This document shows positions 31,199-43,979 of a stretch of DNA of 64,000 nt, one piece after another; the first letter of the stretch is position 1; each line of letters starts with the position of its first letter. This stretch comes from the human T2T-CHM13v2.0 reference genome, Homo sapiens. The notes beneath the pieces were generated by a model. That model had not been told where the DNA came from and did not search any database. It worked only from the letters and a program-made list of their open reading frames with translations. The position numbers were made by a program, and so were the translations under genes. Location of the stretch: the NCBI RefSeq assembly GCF_009914755.1, contig NC_060929.1; one strand, 5' to 3'.

Positions 31199-31984
31199 AA
31201 TTACTGTTTTTAAAAAAAAAAACAAGAAAAATGAGAAGAAAAATGCCTTACTTTTCCAAACCCAAACATGGGCACCCAAAGTTAAGTGATATTCTGATTT
31301 CCAGTGTGTGGCTATGAAAGACTCTAGAGAAAGGGAGGAACTTTGATTTACCTGCTACTAATCCCCATCATCAGCACAGGGGCAAATCAATTCGCGGTCA
31401 TTAGGCTGGCCTTTGAGGCTGGAGACAAGTTTAAGCTGACAACCAAAATAATGACTGTTACTGGAATGACTGATAGCTTTGTTGGTGCTGAGAATGTGTG
31501 AAAGCCCCCTCTTTGATATTGTATTCAAGTTTCTGAGATGTTTACATATAATGTGATAGGCACTCAATGCATTTCCATCTGGGGGATCAGATAACTAATC
31601 TTTAAGGAGAGAACACAAAATACAATGTTGTTTCAAAGACATATTGGTGAATAACAGACTAACAAAACCAAAGAAATCTCACTTTGTGACAGCCTGATGG
31701 GGTGGCAGATTTTGTGGGATTTTTATTTCTGTTTTTGTATGGTGCTGCCTGCCTCAAAACTGTCTGCTGACTGATCCCTGTCCTCTGTCTGCCCTGTTGT
31801 CTGGCTCTTGCCTTTAGAAGAATGAAGCAGTCCAGAGGGGTCTGAAGCCACCTCAGCTAGTGACCCTGTGAAAAAGGTTACATTACTGCTATTTCACAAG
31901 GGAGGAGACTGAAACTTCAGGGGTTATATTAACATGCTTCAATTCCACACAGCTGGAGAGTAACAAAGCCAGAAATCACATCCA

Positions 31985-31986
<2 letters not shown>

Positions 31987-32025
<39 letters not shown>
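31987..32025 (+). repeat. (TG)n microsatellite, about 19 units
   Basis: Read directly from the sequence. Confidence 0.95.
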
Positions 32026-32027
<2 letters not shown>

Positions 32028-32119
32028 AAATCCTGTGATTCCAGTGCCAGGATACACTGTCTTCCGTGTTCAACAGTCATGAAAGTATTTTAATGAACAC
32101 CTGGCCCTGCAGTGCCTGA

Positions 32120-32390
32120 TGTAGCAAATGCTGCAGATACTCCACCCACCGACTCTTGGACCACCCAAAATCCACTGGCAGCTTCAGTGAGGCTTTCCTA
32201 CTTCTTTCTTTCCCTGGGCTTTGTCTGGCTACAGAGTGCTCAGCTCACCTGCAGGACAGGCCAGAAGTACCAGGGACTTCCTGCTCATTGGAGCAACTTT
32301 CAATCAGTGAGGGGCTACAGCTAAGGTGTAAATAACCCAACCTTCTTGTTCCCTGGGAGGGGACACTTCTTATATGCAAATGTGTTCTGT
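32120..32390. mobile_element. LTR16-like ERVL LTR fragment
   Basis: GCTCAGCTCACCTGCAGGACAGGCCAGAAGTACCAGGGA...CAATCAGTGAGGG...TAAATAACCCAACCTTCTTG. Confidence 0.5.
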
Positions 32391-33471
32391 AAAGTCCAGG
32401 TGTAGGATATGAGAGAAAGTCATAGTCAAGGACGTTACCAAAATTGTTTCCTTTTTTCCCCCCACTCTGAGCAATTGGAAGAATAGAATTGTCCTTAACT
32501 TAGTTGGGAAGACTACAGAAAGCAGTATTTCAGGGTGGGTGTAGGGAGGGCAGGTGGCCGGAGTTTAGTTTTTGACATGTAAGCTTGAGATGCCTAAAAG
32601 TTACTCAAGTATGGGTATAGATCATAGAGCTGGAGTGCAAGCTGGTGTTTAGGGGAGAGGCCTGGATGGATATACAAATTTAGGAGTTAAAGTCATGTGG
32701 ACTGGGGAGTATGTGAGAGCATAGAGGGAGTCTGTGATTCCCAGAAGAGTAGAATCTACCAAAGGAGAGAGATGTTACTGAGTCATACAAGTAAATCATC
32801 CTAGACCATGATGAATGTTGGGAAAGGGGGTTGCAATGAGGATCCCTTGGGGTACACATGGGTGCAGCAGACCCTGCCCTGCAGAAGCTCATAGTCTGAA
32901 ATTAGAGATGCGGCTGCACACAGACAGCTGGATGTAAAGTGTGCTCATAGGAGGGGTGCCAGAAATAACCTCAGAGAATGGGGGTGGTCTCAGTCACTTA
33001 AGGCTGGTGGGATGGTGGAAAACTAAATGAAGAAGGCTCTCGATCTGGACCATGAAGGATAATGACCATGAAGAATCCTGACTTTCAGAGATGAGAAGGC
33101 AAGGGACATTCTACACAAAGAAAGAACATAGAGAGGGATTTGGGAAATACCAGAAACACAGGGTACTAGCAAGAAATAAGCCTAGAAAAGAAGGTTGGGG
33201 TCCCATCATGAGGGGAGAGACTGTCCAGAGAAAGAGCTTGGACTCACCCTGTAGGCAGTGGAGAGCCATGAAGTCAATGATTGATATGATGGAGCTGTCC
33301 TTTAGGGGAAGGAGCTTTTCAGGATGAAGAGACTGGAGGCTGCAAGACCAGTCAGAAGGGCTTGGCAAGGAGGAAGGAGAGAACAACATGGAGAGGAAGA
33401 CACTTAAGGAGAAATGCAAATTGACAAGTACCAAAATGTTAAACATGCATGACATTTGACCAGTATTGTTA

Positions 33472-33776
33472 TTTTTTATTTTTATTTTTTTTTTTTGAGA
33501 GAGACTCTCACTATTGCCCAGGCTGGAGTGCAGTGTCATGATCTCAGATTTCTGCAACCTCCAACTCCTGGGTTCAAGGGATCCTCATGCCTCAGCTTCC
33601 CAAGTAGCTGGGATTACTGGCGTGCACCACAACGCCCGGCTAATTTTTGTATTTTTAGTAGAGATAGGGTTTCACCACGATGGTCAGGCTGGTCTTGAAC
33701 TCCAGACCTCAAGTGATCCACCCACCTTAGCCTCCCAAAGTGCTGAGATTACAGGCGCAAGCCACTGCACCCGGCC
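33472..33776 (-). mobile_element. AluS (Sz/Sx-like)
   Basis: Antisense Alu with TSD CATTTGA(C/A)CAGTATT(G/A)TTA at 33453 and 33777. Confidence 0.92.
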
Positions 33777-33829
33777 CATTTGAACAGTATTATTACTTGG
33801 AGGAGAACAGTGGAGAAGGGGTATATATA

Positions 33830-34320
33830 GGAGGTATTTGATATACACAGAAGAGTGATCACTGGAGCATTGTTTATTACAGAAAAAACTGAGAAAAAAA
33901 CCCAAAAAGATCCATCAATAAGAAATGGATTAAACTGTGATACATCCATACAGTGGAATGCTCTTCAGTGATTAAAAAGGATGATATATATCTACATTCA
34001 TTGGCCTGAAAGAAGTACACAATTTATTGTTGAGTAAAAACGACAGGCTGTGAAACAGCATTTGTTGTTTAGCCCCATTTATCAAAATGATACCCTGAAA
34101 ATATCATTCATGTATATACATGTAGGGAGACCCTTGAAATTATGTTCATCAAAACATGGATGACAGTTTTCGTTAGGTGATACGATGTGGTAGCAGGTTG
34201 TTTATTTGTTTGTTTGGGGATGGGGGGGGTGATTTCTCTTTAGATCTTTTCTGGATAGCATGAATTTTCTTCCATAAGCTTGTAATATCTTAAACATAAG
34301 ACAATGCAAATTTTCAAAAA
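33830..34320 (+). mobile_element. Old L1M 3' fragment
   Basis: TCCATCAATAAGAAATGGATTAAACTGTGATACATCCATACAGTGGAAT motif. Confidence 0.6.
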
Positions 34321-34489
34321 GAAGTCGAACAGTTATTGAGTTCTTGCAAGGCAAACAGCCCCGGGTCTAGAGTGTGAATAGTTGTTAATCTGCATTAGCT
34401 GACCTCTCTAAATCAGTAATTTGGCCTTTGAGCCTCTCTCCAAAGAGGGTAAGGGAATTTTAGTCTGGCATAAGGACGAAGGAACTTAA

Positions 34490-34660
<171 letters not shown>

Positions 34661-35322
34661 TGACATTCTGGGCTGATTGCTCCATCAGACACATCCCAAA
34701 GGCCACAGAAGCTGTCCCAGTCTCTCCAGGGATTCCCACGGGGGGTTATGGCTGGGGAGAAAATTCTCAGGCTTTCAACCAGGGCCTTGATTAAATAGTC
34801 ATCAACTGATCATCATATGCAAATGTGACGGTATAATGGCCTCTTATATTAACAAGGAGATTTGCATTCATTCATTGTCAGAGTCTGTACCACCTTTTAA
34901 AAATGTATCACCTTTTTTTTACTTTTCTATTCTCTGGAACCAAAAGGGCAGCCAGTCATTGACAATGAAAAATGATTTACAATCAAATTCTCCAGTACAA
35001 CTTTGTGGTTTCCTGATTCCTTTGAAAGTCATTTTTAGTGCTCAGCCAATAACTGGGACCTCTAAGAGATTCAGGGTCCTAAAAGTATGTGCCTGGGGCA
35101 AACAGAATGACACACCTGCCCCAGGTCCAGGCCCAAGAAGCACAAACTCTGTGGGAAAGTCCAGATTGCTTCCTCTGCCTGGAGATGTGCGAGGGAAGGC
35201 CCCCCACAAAAGGATCCCCTCCAGGGAAGTCTCCGATCCCTAGCATCTATCTCTTCCAGTGGGGGCTTAGGGGGTAGTAGGCACTGAGCTCATGAACTGG
35301 AATGATGGTGTTTTTTCCTTGC

Positions 35323-36282
35323 TGTAGGGGTGGGATGCCCCTCCACACCTGTGGGTGTTTCTCGTAAGGTGGGACGAGAGATTTGGAAAAGAAAGAGACA
35401 CAGAGACAAAGTATAGAGAAAGAAATAAGGGGACCCGGGGAACCAGTGTTCAGCATATGGAGGATCCCGCCAGCCTCTGAGTTCCCTTAGTATTTATTCA
35501 TCATTTGTGGGTGTTTCTCGAAGAGGGGGATGTGTCAGGGTCACAAGACAATTGTGGGGAGAGGGTCAGCAGACCAACACGTGAACAAAGGTCTTTGCAT
35601 CATAGACAATGTAAAGGATTAAGTGCTGTGCTTTTAGATATGCATACACATAAACATCTCAATGCTTTACAAAGCAGTATTGCTGCCCGCAGGTCCCACC
35701 TCCAGCCCTAAGGCGGTTTTTCCCTATCTCAGTAGATGGAGCATACAATCGGGTTTTATACCGAGACATTCCATTGCCCAGGGACAGGCAGGAGACAGAT
35801 GCCTTCCTCTTGTCTCAACTGCAAGAGACATTCCTTCCTCTTTTACTAATCCTCCTCAGCACAGACCCTTTATGGGTGTCGGGCTGGGGGACGGTCAGGT
35901 CTTTCCCTTCCCACGAGGCCATATTTCAGACTATCACATGGGGAGAAACCTTGGACAATACCTGGCTTTCCTAGGCAGAGGTCCCTGCGGCCTTCCGCAG
36001 TTTTTGTGTCCCTGGGTACTTGAGATTAGGGAGTGGTGATGACTCTTAAGGAGCATGCTGCCTTCAAGCATCTGTTTAACAAAGTACATCTTGCACCGCC
36101 CTTAATCCATTCAACTCTGAGTTGACACAGCACATGTTTCAGAGAGCACGGGGTTGGGGGTAAGGTCACAGAATCTCAAGGCAGAAGAATTTTTCTTAGT
36201 ACATAACAAAATGGAGTCTCCTATGTCTACTTCTTTCTACACAGACACAGTAACAATCTGATCTCTCTTGCTTTTCCCCACA
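35323..36282 (-). mobile_element. Solo LTR5_Hs (HERV-K HML-2), 960 bp
   Basis: The minus strand reads TGTGGGGAAAAGCAAGAGAGATCAGATTGTTAC...CCCACCCCTACA. TATAAAA at 35754-35760, AATAAA at 35493-35498, TSD CTTGC at 35318-35322 and 36283-36287. Confidence 0.95.
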
Positions 36283-39200
36283 CTTGCTCATCTAAGTTGT
36301 TCAGTTCCTCTCTGGGCTTTCGCCTCTCAGAAGCTGAGCAACTTCAGGCAAGGCCTGGACTGTATCCGTGCCTCAAGTGAGTCATCTGTAAAATGCAACA
36401 ACTACCCTTTCTACTTCATAGGGTTTTTCCAGAACTGGAATGTGACGAAGGGCTTGCTGGAAGAATCCACTTGTAAGGTCCCATAAGTTTCTGTTCAAAT
36501 ACTTCCTCCTTAAAGAGGCCTCCCCTCCTGACTCCTCCCTGAGGATCACCCCCACTCACTCCACAGTCATTATGCAAAACCATGTGGCTTCCTGGAGTCT
36601 CTTCATAGCACTAAATATCATTAGAACTCATCTTTCTTGTCTACCTGCGTATTTTCTCTTTCCTCCCATAGAACTTAAGCCTCGTGAGTATAAAGACCTT
36701 GAACACACAACAACTCTATGCTCTGTACCTGGCACATAGTAGGTCTCCTTGAGGAGGTGACGTCTGGGCTGAGGCCTGTGAGATTCACCCTTCTGAGAGC
36801 ACCAGCCTATGAGTAGATGAGTATTTGCTGAGAGGATGAACAGGATCTTTGAACAAGAGTCTCTTGAACTACCTTGCATTCAAATCAGGCAACTGAGTGA
36901 CAATGAGAGCGATAATAAAATGCGTAGCTGCCATTTTCTGATGGTTAATAATACATGCCAGATCTCACGAGAAGCACTTTAAGGGCATTATCTTTTGCAG
37001 TCTTTACAGCCACCCTACAAGTTGGCCACTATTACTAATATTTTTTCTGCTCTAAGGAGGCAGGAAGTAAGACTCAGAGATAATAAGGAGATAGCATGGT
37101 GTCACCGAGCACATCAATGCAAAGTTGGGACCAGAACACAGTGGTGGCTGACACCAAAGCCCACCCAGATGACTACAGCCACGTGCCTGATATAGACTTT
37201 CACCCTTGCAGTGGGTTGACTGCCTGACAGGGTCTGGGTGAGAGTTTCTCCTGGCATTATAAATCTTCGACACGGGAACAAAGCATATCTCTTTAGCTGG
37301 TTTGAATCAGGAGAGATGTTTGATTCCCTTCCAAATGTGGCTGAGAGGCCTGCAGGCTCTGGTCATGGGTATGTTTAGGGAAGTTTCTGCTTTTTGGGAG
37401 GGGCAACTTGGAACACCATACCTAGGGGCCAGAGGTGACAGGGTTTGGTCCATATAACTGCGAGCTAGTTTGTTCATCTCTTTCCGTGGGTATCGGCTAT
37501 TGCAGCCTCAAACTTGCTTTCCTGACTTCACTATTTTCCATGCTCTTAGATGGATATTTTCCAAGAGAAGCTCAACTTCAGTCCTTCAGGGCATTCCTTT
37601 AGGTTTATATCCTGTTTTCCTGAAAGAAAATCTGTATTTGAGAGATGCTCAGAGATTGAGGGTTTCATACATGAGAAGTACGGGCTTGCAAGCTGAGTGA
37701 CTTTAGACAAATTACTTCATCTCTATGTGCCTCAGTTTCCTCAACATTAAATCAGGATACTAATAGCAGCTATATCATTGGATTGTTGTGAGGATTAAGT
37801 GAATTCACGTAAAGCATTTAGAACAGTGCTGGGGACATAGCAGCCATTTAGTAAGTGTTAGCTCATTATAATAATAGTAATTTTATTATTTGGATAATGA
37901 TTATGATGATCATGCCCCTAAATGTGTCAGGGCTGGGAATGCATGTCAGTCCTTGATAAACAGGACAGGAGGCCTCTTTCTGGTCACCACAACATTGCCT
38001 GGGGCTGTCACACCCACAAGATTCTGTAAAACAGAAGAGTGGCCAACATTACAAAATAAAGTAAGTCTCTTTTCCTAATGAGGCTTCCATAGCTATTTAT
38101 TGAAAAGTACCCAAGAACAGGATCATTTTCCAACCTTATCTTTGTTCTCCTACCTCTTCCTCCCCCTGTGTAAGAATGGATTTGTTCTCTGTACCCTGCC
38201 TGGAACACGCCTTGTCTCCTTCTTACGGGCTCATTAATTATGCATTTAATATCAGCAGGAACAGCATCCATCACTGACTGCTGCCTGTCTTGGCAGCCAC
38301 TGACCAGAGGAGCAGCAGGTGCAATGAGATTATCCCTAATATCTTTCCCAGAACTGTGGTTTTGTGATTCAAAGGGCAGAAAGTAAGAAGCTTGGTGACT
38401 GCCACTCTGTAGGTGACAAGAACTGGGAATTATAAAAATGGTGTTTTCTGGTTGCGGCTAAGATCACTTGCATTCCAGGCCCTATTCAGGATGCTGGTCC
38501 TTGGTGTCTGCATCAGTTCATGTGGTCAGGGAAGACCAAGAGAGGATTTCAAATTCAAATCAGCAGGTATTTTTGTTTAAGAGCAATTCTTATGGGCCCA
38601 GACTATTGCAACATGCTTCAAGGAACTCAGAAGCAAAGAACACTGCCCTACCCTCAAGGATCTTGGAATCTTGATAGAAGGCTATACAAATCCATCTTCC
38701 AGCATCCAGGCTTTTGAAGAGGGTGACTAACTTTATTGGGCATCTACTTAGAAAATTTTGATTCTCATCATAATCTTGTCAGGTTGTGATATACCCATTT
38801 CCCTGGTGAATAAACTGAGCTTCAGAGAATTGATTGACTTTTCTGTTAAAGGTCATCTAACCAATAAATGGGGCTGCTGCGATTCAACCCCAGGCCTGTC
38901 TGCAAAGCACATCCTCTTTTCACTCTTCTGCTCTGTTTCTTAGGAACCGGGTGCCTCTGGATTCCAGGAGACAGCTCTATTTAGATCCAGAAGCACTCTC
39001 TGCCCTTTCTAGTTCTTACTGGCACTGGGATAGAGAGCGCTGAGATGATTGGCTGGAAGATGAGACTCTCCATGTTGAAATCTCTGATTGGCCCTGGAAT
39101 CAGAGATTATACTTGGGCTCCAGAAAGACTCTGTGTTAGGCAGCACTGTCTTTGGTATTGAGATCATTCTCTCTCCTTGGGGATGCTCTAATTGGCTCTA

Positions 39201-40489
39201 GGTGTGGCCATTTCTGCCTAGGCCTTGAGGCATTTTTGGATTACCAGCCTATCCTGGGAACCAGTTTTGATATCCTGTGAAATGAAAAACTTCTAGACTA
39301 TTTCTAGCCATTAGTAGAGGCATGAGAGCCACCTTGGTCTTTATAATGGGAAATGTAAACAGTGATGCCAAAAACAGGCGAGGGAGAGACACATACAGAG
39401 GGAGCAGTCATCAAAGCCTTGCAACTGCCCATAGCGCCACCACAGGGGGACTCATGGTGGGATGGTTGGTTCCACCAGGCAGAACGGTGGGCACATGCTT
39501 GGGTGCAGTTTCCCCAGCCCTGCCTGCTTCAGCTTTTAGGCCCCAGACATTCTCTTGTCTGATATTTCTCACCTGAGTCCACACCTGGGACCTTCCACTC
39601 CCCAAATCAGAAGCATCCCCAGAGTGGTCATGACAGCTGTGCCTCTGCCCTGCAGAGGAGGGCAGGCTGACTGCATTTCAGCACCACTGCATGCTGGTTA
39701 ATTTTTTTTTATTGAAATTTGGGATAAATAATGATTCAAGGTCACTGAGAAAGAATCCTGATTCTGATTAAAAAATCCTGGATCTCTCTGCTATAAAGAC
39801 TATAGTCTTTATAAACATCGGATGGACCAGTGACAACCTTAACCAACAAAGCTGAAAGGACACTGAGAAAGGAGAAGAGCGATTTCAGCAGAAGAGCAGG
39901 GTGGTGAAGAATACAAGTCCTGGAGTCAGATAAACTGGATTCAGATGCCACCTTCACCGTTTTGTAGCTCTGTGATGTCGGACAAGATATTGAACCTCTC
40001 TGGGCCTCAGTTTCCTGATCTCTAAAATGGGGAGAATAATTATACAAATCTCATATTTTTTTTAGGGAGGATTTAACCAGAATGCATGCAGTGTGCTTGG
40101 TTCGTTAATGAACTCATTCAAAAAATAATTTCCCAAGCACGTGCTGGCTCAGACGTGATGTGCGATACTGTGTGAACAAGAGTGAATTTAAAAAGAAGGT
40201 TCTTGCTTGCTTGATGCTGACAGCCAGTAGAGGAGACAGAAAATAAATTAATTTTGTTTAAAATATGACACAGATGTTGTGAACAGGGTATAATATGGGT
40301 GAATAATGGGTGAATCTACTTTGCTTGGATGAATGGAGAAGGCTTTTGCAAGACTGAGAGTTTGCTAGCCAGTGATTTCCTCATTTAGTCCTTACAACCA
40401 TACCCTTTAGATACTATTGTCCTCATTTTCTAGATGAAGTTACTGAGACTCAGAAAGGTAGGGTACCTTGTCCATGATAATGGAACTGG

Positions 40490-41060
40490 TCATTGAACTG
40501 AAACCCTGGAAGGCAACCTGACAGTATCTATAAAAACAAACAAAGACAAAAAACAAACAACAACTAAACATGCATAGACCCTGTGTCTTAGAAATTCCGG
40601 TTCTAGGAATGTATACTACAAATGTAGTTTCCCATGCATAAAGATGTTTAAATAAAGGCGTTGATTACAGCACTGTTGCTAGCGAAAAAAAAAAAAAATT
40701 GGAATCAAGCTAAATGTCTATAAATAGGGAATTTGGTTAAAATTAAAGTACATCGTCATAGAATACAATGTAGCAATAAAAGAGAATGAAGCAGATCTGT
40801 ATATGCTAATATAGAAACATTTGCAAGATATATTGGTAAGAGAAAAAAGCCAAGTGCAGCAGACTTTTAAAAAAGATGTCTGTACATACATTTGTTTATG
40901 CATAAAAAAATTCTGAAAGGCTATCCAAGGAATTGTTAACATTCTCTTCTGAGGAATTAGACTTGGATCCAAGGTAGGATGGAAAATAACTTTCTCCCAT
41001 TTAATCTTTTCTATCATTTATTTTTTTAACTATGTGTGTATATTACTTTTATAATTTTTT
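40490..41060 (+). mobile_element. Old L1ME-like fragment
   Basis: AAATGTCTATAAATAGGGAATTTGGTTAAAATTAAAGTACATC...AGAATGAAGCAGATCTGTATATGCTAATAT. Confidence 0.6.
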
Positions 41061-41360
41061 GAGAGTTAATTAAAGTAACTAAATTCTCATTATACCCACT
41101 AGCAGTATGACTTTGGGTGGTCTTTTACCTTATCTGGACTTTACTGTTTACCTCTGTGCAATATGGTAGTCAGAACAGATGACACTTAAATTTATTCCAG
41201 TTCTAACTCTCTATTGTCCTATAATTTCAAAATATTAAATTCCCAATCGGAAATCACCTCATCTCTTCCCCAGGGCAAAGAGACCTGTGCATTTTGCTAA
41301 AGACACACTGTAGCTTCCCCTAGTCAGCTGAGCTAGGCACTTAGTAGAAATATCACCAGA

Positions 41361-41641
41361 CAGTTTCTAGCAGGGCAGAAAGAAAAATCTGGGACCCTTT
41401 GAAGAATTTCTCTGACAATACGGCAATAGATAAATAAATATTCTCAGGAGCCCAGCTGTATTCGAGTCATTGTGCTGAGCATGGAATTAGAGATACAAAT
41501 AAATGGGAGACAAAATCTTGGTACTTGTGGAGCTTACAATTGGAGAAGACAGGGCTTACAAATACTCCACAACCAATGCTACCATCAACACCACCATTCC
41601 ATTTACTGAGCACTTGGTGTCAGGCCTATAGTGGATGCCTC
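41361..41641 (+). repeat. Dispersed direct duplication A, copy 1 (probable source)
   Basis: Aligns over about 280 bp with 43695-43979 at roughly 85% identity by eye. Confidence 0.9.
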
Positions 41642-42703
41642 GTTCTCAAATTATTGATCCAGTAATTACAACAGTCCTTTATGGTAGGTACCATTATGTT
41701 GGGTATTTTATAAGTGAGGAGAATGAGGCTCAGAAAGGTCAAGTCACTAGCCAAAGGCAACCCAGCTAATAAGCAATAGAACTGGTTTTCACACCCTGGT
41801 CTGCAAGACACTGACACATGTGCTCTTGACTACCAGACAGTGCTGTCATGAGAAACAAATGGAGCACAAGGCCAGGTGCAGAACAGTGGACTAACATCCA
41901 TGGTTGCACACAATAAGTGCTCCTCAAATCAGGAAGTGATCAGGCAGACCCAATATGCCCTGCAGTCTAGGAAGGCTTCATGAAGGAAGCGGGTCTTGAA
42001 CCCAGCTTGGATGTAAGAATAGGACACAATCCCTGCAGGTGTGAGAACCACAGTGAGTGAAGCCATGGAGACCAAAATGCTCCTGTGATCTCCGTGGAGT
42101 CTGAGCAGACCAGGCCACCTAGGTGGGCAGTTGTTGAAGGAGACAGCACTGGGGACCATGGAAATTGTATGAGACTTTAAAAGCCAGGTGGGTTCATTTG
42201 GATCTGATTCTTTGGGAACAAGAGTGAAGAAAGGCTTGGGGCAGAGGCCTTATAAGTATTCAGCAATATCTAGTTGTGACCACTGCTCACCTCTAAGAGC
42301 GCTACACAGAGCCACATACTGTGACAACCTCCTCTGAGTTCCAGAAGTCATTCCCACAGAGCCCCATGGCCAAAACTGGGCAGGGGCTATGGGTGAGGTA
42401 CTTGGATGTGCCATTTCTGATCCACTAAGAAGATGAGGCACAGCTACAGCCTCATGGCTCATAAAGGTCTTCCAGAATGGAAGCCAAAACCAAAACAAAA
42501 CCAGGTCCACTCCATGAGAATTGAAACGTATGTCCACACAGAGATTTGTACAAAAATGTTCATAGCAGCATAGCGTCAATGCTATGACTCATAATAGTCA
42601 AAGACTGGAAACAACCCAAATGACCATCAGTGGATGAATAGATAATCGAAATGAGTATATCCATATGATAGAATATTATTCAATGATAAAAAAATGAAGT
42701 ACT

Positions 42704-43528
42704 TCCACAATGGTTGAACTAGTTTACAGTCCCACCAACAGTGTAAGAGTGTTCCTATTTCTCCACATCCTCTCCAGCACCTGTTGTTTCCTGACTTTTT
42801 AATGATTGCCGTTCTAACTGGTGTGAGATGATATCTCATAGTGGTTTTGATTTGCATTTCTCTGATGGCCAGTGATGATGAGCATTTTTTCATGTATTTT
42901 TTGGCTGCATAAATGTTTTCTTTTGAGAAGTGTCTGTTCATGGAAGTCAGTGTGGCGATTCCTCAGGGATCTAGAACTAGAAATACCATTTGACCCAGCC
43001 ATCCCATTACTGGGTATATACCCAAATGACTATAAATCATGCTGCTATAAAGACACATGCACACGTATGTTTATTGTGGCATTATTCACAATAGCAAAGA
43101 CTTGGAACCAACCCAAATGTCCAACAATGATAGACTGGATTAAGAAAATGTGGCACATATACACCATGGAATACTATGCAGCCATAAAAAATGATGAGTT
43201 CATGTCCTTTGTAGGGACATGGATGAAATTGGAAACCATCATTCTCAGTAAACTATCGCAAGAACAAAAAACCAAACACCGCATATTCTCACTCATAGGT
43301 GGGAACTGAAAAATGAGATCACATGGACACAGGAAAGGGAATATCACACTCTGGGGACTGTGGTGGGGTGGGGGGAGGGGGGAGGGATAGCATTGGGAGA
43401 TATACCTAATGCTAGATGACGAGTTAGTGGGTGCAGCGCACCAGCATGGCATATGTATACATATGTAACTAACCTGCACAATGTGCACATGTACCCTAAA
43501 ACTTAAAGTATAATAAAAAAAAAAAAAA
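42704..43528 (+). mobile_element. Young L1 (L1PA2-like), 5'-truncated with a 5' inversion
   Basis: 42704-42941 is inverted ORF2; 42941-43528 is the sense ORF2 C-terminus, 3'UTR and poly-A. TSD AAAAAAATGAAGTACT at 42688-42703 and 43522-43537. 3'UTR reads GATGACGAGTTAGTGG and CTTAAAGTATAAT. Confidence 0.93.
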
Positions 43529-43694
43529 TGAAGTACTGATCCATACTACAACATGGGTGAACCTTGAAAGCATTACACTAAGTATAAGAAATCATACATG
43601 AAAGGTCACATATTTTATGATGTCACCTATATGAACTGTCAAAATAGGCAAATCCACAGAGACAGACAGTACATTAGTATTCACAGTTTCCAGG

Positions 43695-43979
43695 CAGTTT
43701 GTAGCAGGGCAGACAGAAAAATCTGGGACCTTTTGAAGAATTTCTGTGACAATATAGCAATTGATAAACAAATATTTTCTGGAGCCCAGCTGTATTCAAG
43801 TCATTGTGCTGAGCATGGCATTAGGGATACAATGAAATGCAAGACAGGATTTGGGTACTTGTGGAGCTTACAGTTGGAGAAGACAGGGCATACAAATACT
43901 CTACACCCAGTGCTACCATCAACACCACCACTGCATTTACTGAGTGCTCGGTGTGTGCCAAGCCTGTGGTGGATGCCTC
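43695..43979 (+). repeat. Dispersed direct duplication A, copy 2 (inserted in L1MB)
   Basis: Matches 41361-41641; flanked by TTCCAGG at 43688-43694 and 43993-43999. Confidence 0.9.

Noticed and set aside
35638-35649. 12-mer GTGTATGCATAT shared by the LTR5_Hs (- strand) and the 57-bp repeat unit
   Set aside because: The match does not extend on either side, and a low-complexity 12-mer is expected by chance in 64 kb.
42627-43488. ORFs resembling the L1 ORF2p C-terminus
   Set aside because: Fragments of the truncated, inverted L1 with no promoter, ORF1, endonuclease or RT; not a gene.
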